Virus record (IMG/VR): IMGVR_UViG_3300037063_000214
DNA: 24,942 bases
Reading direction: 5' to 3' (one strand)
Source: a virus
The notes beneath the pieces were generated by a model. That model had not been told where the DNA came from. It was given only the letters and a program-made list of their open reading frames with translations, and did no database searches. The position numbers and the translations under genes were made by a program. This document shows, piece by piece, positions 7,658 to 13,975 of this stretch; positions within the stretch are counted from its first letter, which is position 1; every line of letters starts with the position of its first letter.

Positions 7658-8209
7658 ATGAAAATAGAGGATTCTGTGGAAACTGTGAATACATCAGCTA
7701 AAATTGATATCTTTAAATATGAATGGGAATTTTTGTCTAATTTTTATCCCTGTGAGATTGTTTGGGAAGGAATTACTTACGCTTCCACAGAGCACGCATA
7801 CCAAGCGGCTAAGACACTGGATATAGAGAAACGCCGGATGTTTGGATTAGAAGACAACCCTCGTTTAACAGCCAAAAAAGCAAAAGATATGGGAGCAAAT
7901 ATCAAGAAGAACGGAGAGCTGCGCTCCGATTGGCTCAAAGTCAATATCGGCATCATGCGGGAATTGTTGGTATTGAAATTTGAGAAAGAAGAGCTGAAAC
8001 AAAAATTATTGTCCACAGGCACCGCTTATTTGGAAGAAGGGAACTGGTGGGAAGACAATTTTTGGGGTGTTTGTTATGGGGGCACAGAAAAAGGGTTCCA
8101 TGGAATCAAATGCGGCAAATGGCCCCATGTCCCTTCGGGTGAAAATCATTTAGGTTTATTGCTTATGGCTATTAGGGCTACGTTTATTCCTAGAATACAG
8201 GTGGCATAA
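7658..8209 (+). CDS. NADAR-domain protein (YbiA/DUF1768-like). Predicted ADP-ribose-processing hydrolase.
   Basis: Signature IDIFKYEWEFLSNFYPCEIVWEGITYASTEHAYQAAK. aggtg sits immediately upstream of the ATG. Confidence 0.8.
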   Translation: MKIEDSVETVNTSAKIDIFKYEWEFLSNFYPCEIVWEGITYASTEHAYQAAKTLDIEKRRMFGLEDNPRLTAKKAKDMGANIKKNGELRSDWLKVNIGIMRELLVLKFEKEELKQKLLSTGTAYLEEGNWWEDNFWGVCYGGTEKGFHGIKCGKWPHVPSGENHLGLLLMAIRATFIPRIQVA

Positions 8210-8210
8210 A

Positions 8211-8387
8211 ATGACAAAAAACGAAATACTATACAACTTAAAAAACGGACGAAGGTTGCGTTGCGATAGGAAAGATGAACCGTTATTGCCTTGGTTGCTA
8301 GAACATCCAAACATCCAGAATAAATTTGTGCAAGTTGATGACCAGTCTAGCTATATTGAATTTATTTGGGAGAAAAATAATCCTTGA
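8211..8387 (+). CDS. Hypothetical 58-aa protein.
   Basis: ATG lies 1 nt after the NADAR stop. It is 58 codons long. Its stop overlaps the TTGACA of the next promoter. It is too short for the ORF track. Confidence 0.4.
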   Translation: MTKNEILYNLKNGRRLRCDRKDEPLLPWLLEHPNIQNKFVQVDDQSSYIEFIWEKNNP

Positions 8388-8412
8388 CAATTTTTCAACT
8401 ACCCAGTATTAT
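8384..8412 (+). promoter_or_regulatory. Sigma70-consensus promoter, TTGACA-17-TATTAT. Same family as the promoter at 1392.
   Basis: TTGACA at 8384-8389 and TATTAT at 8407-8412. The shared core is caactacccagtattata. Confidence 0.7.
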
Positions 8413-8656
8413 ATAAAGAGTAGTAGTAAAGTAAAAGTTGGCTCGGAACGAGCCATCAGGAAATGGGGGGTTTTGGGTAAAACTGAAGCCCATCACCAAA
8501 ATTGAGATAATTATGACCAAAATGCGACCGATGCCGATGTTTCCACCAAGCCCTATGGGGCGCGGGGTCGCTGGACTTTAGTCCAACCCCGTGCTAGCGG
8601 GGTTCTGTTGTTGTAACAAATTTTCCCATATCAAACAGAAATCCCTTTTTGCATTT

Positions 8657-8731
8657 CAGGGTATAGTGTTAATGGTAGCACCCTAGTTTCGGGAACTAGT
8701 AGTCTCAGATCATTCCTGAGTACCCTGACCA
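8657..8731 (+). tRNA. tRNA-Pro, anticodon CGG. It has Pro identity elements C1:G72 and A73. The T-loop is non-canonical, atcattc, with A54:U58 swapped.
   Basis: Acceptor cagggta/taccctg. D arm gtgt/gcac with GG in the loop. Anticodon stem ctagt/actag with loop ttCGGga. T stem ctcag/ctgag. ACCA. Confidence 0.6.
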
Positions 8732-8830
8732 GTTTACGGTGTAGCTCAGCCCGGTTTAGAGCAAGCACACCGACTTTCGTTACTTTTTGTACAGCTATCA
8801 AGATTTTTTGTAAAAGGAGTTACTTTTAAG

Positions 8831-8905
8831 CAGGGCGTAGATCAGAGGAAGATCGCAAGTCTGGGGGACTTGAGGCCGGAATATCATAATTTCCCGCCCT
8901 GACCA
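8831..8905 (+). tRNA. tRNA-Pro, anticodon GGG. C1:G72 and A73. The T-loop is non-canonical, atcataa, again with A54:U58. One T-stem pair is a mismatch.
   Basis: Acceptor cagggcg/cgccctg. D arm gatc/gatc. Anticodon stem caagt/acttg with loop ctGGGgg. Then ACCA. Confidence 0.55.
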
Positions 8906-8927
8906 CAGTTTGAAAATTTAAATTTAA

Positions 8928-9013
8928 CTAGGTGTCGGGTAGTTTGGTTTAGCCCACATGCCTTGGGCGCATGTCTCGAAAGAGAATCGCAGGTTCAAAT
9001 CCTGCCACCTAGA
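8928..9013 (+). tRNA. tRNA-Pro-like, anticodon TGG. C1:G72 and A73, but with a class-II-like 15-nt variable-arm hairpin (tctc-gaaa-gaga). No CCA is encoded.
   Basis: Acceptor ctaggtg/cacctag is perfect. D arm gggt/gccc. Anticodon stem catgc/gcatg with loop ctTGGgc. T arm gcagg-ttcaaat-cctgc is canonical. Confidence 0.5.
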
Positions 9014-9079
9014 CATTGGCGACTGTCAGCCGTTAGTAAGTCTGACTTAAAGGCGCATAGAGCGCAGTCGCACTTTTTT

Positions 9080-9340
9080 ATGAGTGTATTCGGCAATACA
9101 TGCGGCGTACGCATTTACAGAGGTCCATGCACCTGTAAAACTGCCTGCCCTAAATGTCAAATAGGCTGCTGGAATCCCGCTGCATATCGTAACCCATGGT
9201 TTGGGAAGCCTGGGCACCAGATTTATTGGTGGAGGGATCCATACAGCTACGCGGAATTTTTATGCGTAGAGCATTATGATGATGCTGTTAAAGACATTGA
9301 AGAATATGAAGAACTTTACCAAACGAAGGGTGTTTGCTGA
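9080..9340 (+). CDS. Cysteine-rich small protein containing CGVRIYRGPCTCKTACPKCQIGCW. The start is uncertain.
   Basis: The first part of the ORF-track ORF 8963-9340 overlaps the tRNA-Pro(TGG)-like gene, so the internal ATG at 9080 was taken. Confidence 0.4.
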   Translation: MSVFGNTCGVRIYRGPCTCKTACPKCQIGCWNPAAYRNPWFGKPGHQIYWWRDPYSYAEFLCVEHYDDAVKDIEEYEELYQTKGVC

Positions 9341-9341
9341 A

Positions 9342-9530
9342 ATGAAATATATTTATGAAGATCACGAGAAGCATACCACATGGGAATGTGAAGCCGAGGA
9401 TTTGCTTGCAGCGGATAAACTCTATGAAGCCGCTGGATGTAGGATGAGTGAAAACGCAAAAAGAAAAAAATCTATGCCTAATGATGTAGGGGCATGGTCA
9501 CCCGATTGGGCGTGTAACAAAAAGGCATAA
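9342..9530 (+). CDS. Hypothetical small protein.
   Basis: ATG lies 2 nt after the upstream stop. Confidence 0.4.
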   Translation: MKYIYEDHEKHTTWECEAEDLLAADKLYEAAGCRMSENAKRKKSMPNDVGAWSPDWACNKKA

Positions 9531-9558
9531 TAGGTTTATTCCAACTAATGGAGGAAGT

Positions 9559-10219
9559 ATGATTATCGAAATTAGAGCGGCTGAAGGCGGACAGGACGCA
9601 AAATTACTGGTCGAAGATCAAATGACCATCTACGCGAGGTTGGCGATACGGAGGGGTCTTTGAGTTTGATGTTACCGAACAACGCCCAGGTATAGCTATC
9701 CTGCGCATTACAGGGGCTACAGCGCCTCAAGTCTTCGCTAACGAGGCAGGAGGTCACCGTTTTCAGAGAATTCCTCCCACGGAGCGTAGCGGTAGAGTTC
9801 AAACCAGTACAATTACTGTGGCTGTTTTTGATGAACCGGAAGTTGCTGCTTTTGCCGTATCCCCAAATGATTTGGCATGGGAGACAATGCGCAGCGGGGG
9901 TAAGGGCGGTCAAAACGCCAATAAACTGGAAACAAAAATACGCTTAAAACATAAACCTACAGGATTAGTCGTGGTTTGCGAATCAGAACGTAGCCAAAAA
10001 AGAAATAAAGACACGGCCTTAGCTGTCCTTACAGCACGTTTGTACGCTGCTGATAAGGATAAAAAAGCTGAAGCTGCTACTACGGATAGGCGACAACAAA
10101 TAGGAACGGGACAACGAGGAGATAAACGCCGTACAATACGAGAAAAAGATGGAAAAGTCGTAGACCATATCACCGGTCAAAAATGGCGTTATTCTGATTA
10201 TGTAAAAGGCATTTGGTAA
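9559..10219 (+). CDS. Class-I release-factor homologue lacking domain 1, of the RF-H/PrfH type. The GGQ motif is present. Translation requires a +1 frameshift at CTT-TGA (9658-9663). Frame 1 covers 9559-9660 and frame 2 covers 9662-10219.
   Basis: Frame 1 reads MIIEIRAAEGGQDAKLLVEDQMTIYARLAIRRGL and then TGA. The +1 frame continues EFDVTEQRPG...GGHRFQRIPPTERSGRVQTSTITVAV...SGGKGGQNANKLETKIRLKHKPTGLVVVCESERSQKRNKDTALAVLTARL...DHITGQKW. Both parts align colinearly with RF1 domains 2-4. There is no start codon in the second frame between its upstream stop at 9623-9625 and the shift site. A GGAGGGG SD-like element sits just before CTT TGA G, as in prfB. Confidence 0.75.
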
Positions 10220-10222
10220 AAA

Positions 10223-10834
10223 ATGGAACAATATCCACATATCGAAGGCAGTACAAAGGCTCCTATAGGAGAACCGTGCATCGCTTTTTATAAGTACGAT
10301 GGTAGTAATCTGCGCTTCGAATGGAGCCCTAAAAAAGGCTGGCATAAGTTTGGCACCAGAAAAGAACTTTTTGACGCTCGCCATCCTTTGTGGTCTCAAG
10401 CCCTTCCCTTGTTTTTAGAGTTTGGAGATGAGATTGTAAAACGAGTGAAAGCATCGGATTGGCGATTGAAAGGTATCCAACGAATTACTGTTTTTTGTGA
10501 ATTCTTTGGACCTAGCAGTTTTGCCGGAATTCATGATGAAAAAGAGCCTAAAGAATTGCGTTTGATCGATGTATACCTTTTCAAAAAAGGTATGATGCCA
10601 GCGAAGCAATTTGTAGAAATTTTTGGAGATATGCCCCAGGCAGCACAGGTAATTTATCAGGGAAATTTGACTAAGCAATTCATAGATGATGTGCGCTTTG
10701 GGGCTTATTCTGTGAATGAGGGCGTGGTCGCTAAGGGCGCTGATTTTCGGGTAAAAATAAAAACTGCTGCTTACTTCAAAAAATTGAATGAACGGCTCCC
10801 AGAGTTAGCGAATGCCTTTGATTGTGAGTATTAG
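10223..10834 (+). CDS. Minimal ATP-dependent RNA ligase of the Rnl2 family. Adenylyltransferase core only, 203 aa.
   Basis: Motif I KYDGSN (KxxGxN). Motif III ITVFCEFFGPSSFAG (compare Rnl2 VFGEFAGPG). Motif IV EGVVAK. Motif V RVKIKT. It starts 4 nt after the release-factor stop. Confidence 0.75.
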   Translation: MEQYPHIEGSTKAPIGEPCIAFYKYDGSNLRFEWSPKKGWHKFGTRKELFDARHPLWSQALPLFLEFGDEIVKRVKASDWRLKGIQRITVFCEFFGPSSFAGIHDEKEPKELRLIDVYLFKKGMMPAKQFVEIFGDMPQAAQVIYQGNLTKQFIDDVRFGAYSVNEGVVAKGADFRVKIKTAAYFKKLNERLPELANAFDCEY

Positions 10835-10844
10835 ACTCTGTACG

Positions 10845-11110
10845 AGTTTGTGCTAATACGAGGTGCGGAGTTCCATAGATTTAGGCGGAACAAGACCTAA
10901 TTTCGGAACTCTACTGGCGACGGTCAGAGTTACCTCGTAGCACAATTTCCCAAACAGATACTTGTCTGGGAGAACTTGAGGACTCAGTGAGCCTCAGGTG
11001 GGGCATATTGGTGGACCCCTGTCCTTCGGGACTTAATCTGGCGGCCCAAGACGAGGAGTCAAGGGCTTAAAGAATCCTAGATTTTTAGTCTGGGAGCATC
11101 AAGCAGTATT
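10845..11110 (+). ncRNA. Structured non-coding region and candidate ncRNA. It has a long closing helix (gtgctaatacgaggt / acctcgtagcac), nested hairpins, and a gtcc-ttcg-ggac tetraloop hairpin.
   Basis: No ORF. Multiple compensatory stems were read by eye. Function unknown. Confidence 0.3.
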
Positions 11111-11172
11111 TTTTCAATTGGTGTATTCACCGTTTGCAGATTTGTACCGCTGGGGTTAATAAGGACGGTTGG

Positions 11173-11189
11173 TATGGAAAGTATAGGGA
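11173..11189 (+). repeat. Direct repeat atggaaagtataggga(c). A second copy lies at 11299-11316. The pair flanks tRNA-Met.
   Basis: A 16-nt exact match occurs 126 bp downstream. The second copy forms the hairpin tatag-ggaa-ctata just upstream of tnpB. Confidence 0.6.
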
Positions 11190-11211
11190 CTTGGTAAAAT
11201 TTTTTATTTAC

Positions 11212-11290
11212 GCCAGTGTAGCATAGTCCGGCCTAATGCGCTTCGCTCATAACGAAGAGATCGGTGGTTCAAATCCACCCGCTGGTACCA
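11212..11290 (+). tRNA. tRNA-Met (elongator type), or tRNA-Ile2 if lysidinylated. Anticodon CAT. CCA is encoded.
   Basis: Acceptor gccagtg/cgctggt with two G-U pairs. D arm gcat/atgc. Anticodon stem cttcg/cgaag with loop ctCATaa. T arm ggtgg-ttcaaat-ccacc. ACCA. Confidence 0.7.
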
Positions 11291-11349
11291 AAATTTTAAT
11301 GGAAAGTATAGGGAACTATATAGTTAACTCCCCCGGCTAGAACATAACA

Positions 11350-12477
11350 ATGCTGAGAACTTTTCAATGTCGGTTGTATCCAAACGCGACGCAGAGACAC
11401 GCGCTGGAGTTCGTCTTGCGTGACAACGCGGAGACGTACAACGCGGCTCTTGCAGAGCGCCGAGATGCATGGAAGTTGGAGCGCAAGGCGATCACCTATC
11501 GAATGCAACAGGACGAACTAACAGAACTACGCCGTGATGAACAATTTGCAAGAGTCGCCTGCGACATTCAACGTGATCCCTTGAGAAGGGTTGACCGAGC
11601 ATTCCAAGCGTTCTTTCGGCGTTGTAAAGCAGGCCAGAAGCCAGGCTTTCCTCGTTTTCGCTCTCATCTGCGCTACGACTCTTTTGGATTCAGTCTCCCA
11701 GTCGTGAATAGTGAACGTCTGAGGATTCCGAATGTGGGGCAGATCAAACTGCGCGGAGGCCGCAGCATTGCAGGTAAGGCGAAGTGTTGCACGGTCAAGC
11801 GAGACGGCAACCGTTGGACGGCTTCAGTCGTGTGCGACATTGGTCCGGCACCAGGGAAGCGTATGGTAACAAATGCTGTCGGAATAGATATGGGCCTGAC
11901 GACGCTCGCCACGCTGTCGGACGGGACGGAGATTGAGAACCCACGCTGGACCCGACAGCACGAAGACCTGATTGCAGCCGCGAATCGCCTACTGGCACGG
12001 AAGCATAAACGTTCGAAGAACCGCATCCGGGCGCGGGAAGCACTGCATCGCGCTCACCAGCGGGCCGCGAATGCCCGTCGCAACTATCTGCATCACGTTT
12101 CCAAATGGCTTGTGGGTAATTACGACCTGATCGCCCACGAAGCCTTAAACATTAAAGGCATGGCGCAAGGACATTTCGCCAAGTCGATTATGGATGCCGC
12201 ATGGAGCATTCTGCTGTCGCAAGTACGCTACAAGGCTGAGAGTGCCGGAGTGTACGCGATAGCGGTGAATCCACGCGGCACGTCACAAATGTGTTCGGGT
12301 TGCGGTCGAAACGTTCCGAAGAAACTGGCGCAGCGGGTGCATAGCTGTCCGCACTGCGGTCTAGTTCTGGGGCGTGACCACAATGCCGGACGGAACATTT
12401 TAGCGTTGGGGATCAACGCTGCGGGCGTAAGCCTTCAAAATCTACACACGACTCGGGTTAGGGAGTTATGTATATAA
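11350..12477 (+). CDS. tnpB: TnpB (IS200/IS605 family OrfB), an RNA-guided RuvC-like nuclease.
   Basis: N-terminal MLRTFQCRLYPNATQRHALE. RuvC-I GIDMGL. RuvC-II LIAHEALNIKGM. C-terminal zinc finger CSGCG...CPHCG followed by RDHNAGRNI. It is markedly more GC-rich than the flanking DNA. Confidence 0.9.
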   Translation: MLRTFQCRLYPNATQRHALEFVLRDNAETYNAALAERRDAWKLERKAITYRMQQDELTELRRDEQFARVACDIQRDPLRRVDRAFQAFFRRCKAGQKPGFPRFRSHLRYDSFGFSLPVVNSERLRIPNVGQIKLRGGRSIAGKAKCCTVKRDGNRWTASVVCDIGPAPGKRMVTNAVGIDMGLTTLATLSDGTEIENPRWTRQHEDLIAAANRLLARKHKRSKNRIRAREALHRAHQRAANARRNYLHHVSKWLVGNYDLIAHEALNIKGMAQGHFAKSIMDAAWSILLSQVRYKAESAGVYAIAVNPRGTSQMCSGCGRNVPKKLAQRVHSCPHCGLVLGRDHNAGRNILALGINAAGVSLQNLHTTRVRELCI

Positions 12478-12489
12478 GTCCCAAATATC

Positions 12490-12518
12490 TTGACAATTTT
12501 TTAATTATAGGTATTATA
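12490..12518 (+). promoter_or_regulatory. Sigma70-consensus promoter of the TTGACA / TATTAT family. It lies directly after the tnpB stop and points into the structured region.
   Basis: TTGACA at 12490-12495 and attata/tattat 17 nt downstream. Confidence 0.6.
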
Positions 12519-12743
12519 ATAATTGAAGCGTGGAACCCTTTTTACCTGACGAGGGAGTTTGTCGAAGTTGAGCCGCTCCTGCGATGATTGGCGGATCAAC
12601 AAGGTCTCGCAAGAGAGTGAGCTTAGCAAAGCTCCAACCGTGCAACAGGGTTCCCACTTTCTTATTTAAGTTTTGGGATAGGCAGTCGCCTTAAAGCGTC
12701 TGCCAATGGAAGTGCATAGCGCTTTCCGTTCCCAATAAAATTT

Positions 12744-12821
12744 GCGGGGATTAAGCTACGGTGCGCTTGGATGTCTCATAAGCATTCCTCTTAGGTGGTT
12801 CAACTCCACCCTCCGCTACCA
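12744..12821 (+). pseudogene. Degenerate tRNA-like element with a CAT anticodon arm. It is possibly a remnant or duplicate of tRNA-Met.
   Basis: D arm aagc/gctt. Anticodon stem gatgt/gcatt with loop ctCATaa. T arm ggtgg-ttcaact-ccacc. It ends in tACCA, but the acceptor stem pairs poorly. Confidence 0.35.
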
Positions 12822-12888
12822 TTTCAAAACCCCGACTTTGAATATCTTGTTATGAGTCAGTATTATATGTATAAGTTAAGGAGAAAAT

Positions 12889-13509
12889 ATGCAGCAAAAA
12901 TCTAGTTTTCAAAAAGCAATTGTAGCATTGATGTTGTGTGGAGTTATGACATTTGTAGGATGTACCGCATCATGGGTCAATACATTTGACACCGTTATCA
13001 GCGTTGCCGCTCCTGCTTTGACCGGTATTTTAGATGTTGCAGCGCTGGCAGATGGAAAGCCGGTAGATGCCGCCTTAGTTACAAAAATTAACGCCGATGC
13101 CGCAGCAGTTGAAACTCTCGCCAAAGATTTCGCCAATGCTTCGTCTTCAGCAGGGCCGGGACTTTGTTCACAACTTCAAGTAGGTATAACCACTTATGAA
13201 TCAGACTTGCCGCTAGTATTACAAGTAGCTCAAGTATCTGATCCGAATACAGAAGCAAAAATTGAAGCGTTATCAGCTTTGATTGTTAGCACATTCAATA
13301 GCATTGAGCCTTTAATTCCGAACTGTGCGGCTCCAGCTAAAACCACATTGGCGGTTGCGGTACCATTGTCAGTTAAGAATTTTGTGAATGACTATAACGC
13401 AGAAATGGTTAAGCCAACTGGAAATCCACAGGTAGATGCAGGAACAGCAAAACTTAAACTGCACACGAAATCAACTTTTATGCGCGTGGTAACATTTAGC
13501 TGGTTGTAA
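12889..13509 (+). CDS. Predicted secreted lipoprotein.
   Basis: Strong RBS taaggagaaaatATG. The signal peptide carries the lipobox FVGC (MQQKSSFQKAIVALMLCGVMTFVGC). A promoter-like caGTATTATat lies just upstream. Confidence 0.75.
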   Translation: MQQKSSFQKAIVALMLCGVMTFVGCTASWVNTFDTVISVAAPALTGILDVAALADGKPVDAALVTKINADAAAVETLAKDFANASSSAGPGLCSQLQVGITTYESDLPLVLQVAQVSDPNTEAKIEALSALIVSTFNSIEPLIPNCAAPAKTTLAVAVPLSVKNFVNDYNAEMVKPTGNPQVDAGTAKLKLHTKSTFMRVVTFSWL

Positions 13510-13919
13510 AGTTTCAAAGAGACATAATCCCGTCGCCCTGCTTGCTCGACTAAGGCGGTGTGGGGTGTTGAGACCGGTAAGTTTGACGACGATCCGGGTA
13601 CGAAGTCCCTATCCTTTCTGATAGGGTGGTTGCGGGTGTTCTAGTCCACGCAATGACTAGCTAGCATTTTAGAAGTGATTTTTGTGGCGGGCGCACACGC
13701 AGTGCGTAAGCGGAGGCTGCTGTACAATCTATAGTAGGGAGCCTCACTAATCCGACTGGCGTACGACGGTCGGGATATTGATGAGATGTATCGGAGCGGA
13801 AGCCCACAAAATATTTTCGTTGCAGCAATACCGCAACAAAAGGAAACTTAACCTTTATAGGATCGCGTTCCTACTGGGGTGGATGACGAGTTTCCTTTCC
13901 ATTTCTACCGTAACAGGTA

Positions 13920-13975
13920 AATCAAATGACCAAGAAGAGTTAATCTTGGTCATTTGATTTTATACGCAGTATTAA
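13920..13975 (+). promoter_or_regulatory. A perfect 16-bp hairpin whose 3' arm carries a -35-like TTGGTC. An 18-nt spacer separates it from gcagTATTAAg. This is a promoter-like element with an overlapping operator or terminator hairpin, upstream of the DNA polymerase gene.
   Basis: aatcaaatgaccaaga / tcttggtcatttgatt with an 8-nt loop. U-rich 3' flank. The -10 resembles the CAGTATTA promoter-family core. Confidence 0.45.

Larger units (their letters stand above)
11299..12830 (+). mobile_element. Probable IS200/IS605-type (tnpB-only) insertion with a foreign GC composition. The boundaries are not resolved. The right part (12525-12830) is a structured candidate omegaRNA/ncRNA region.
   Basis: The GC-rich block spans tnpB and the downstream structured region. 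It is flanked on the left by tRNA-Met plus a direct repeat and on the right by a degenerate tRNA-like (CAT) element. Confidence 0.4.

Noticed and set aside
8440-9013. tmRNA or RNase P RNA in the long non-coding stretch of the second tRNA region.
   Set aside because: No tmRNA 5' and 3' tRNA-like halves with a tag ORF were found. No RNase P P4 consensus (GGAAAGUCCGG) was found. The stretch is better explained by three discrete tRNAs plus fragments.
8928-9013. A phage attP site, that is the 3' half of a host tRNA.
   Set aside because: A complete cloverleaf is present rather than a 3' half. No integrase is nearby.
8963-9079. The N-terminal 39 codons of ORF 8963-9340.
   Set aside because: This stretch overlaps the tRNA-Pro(TGG)-like cloverleaf. 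The ORF-track start is an alternative start codon read out of the tRNA. The internal ATG at 9080 was taken instead.
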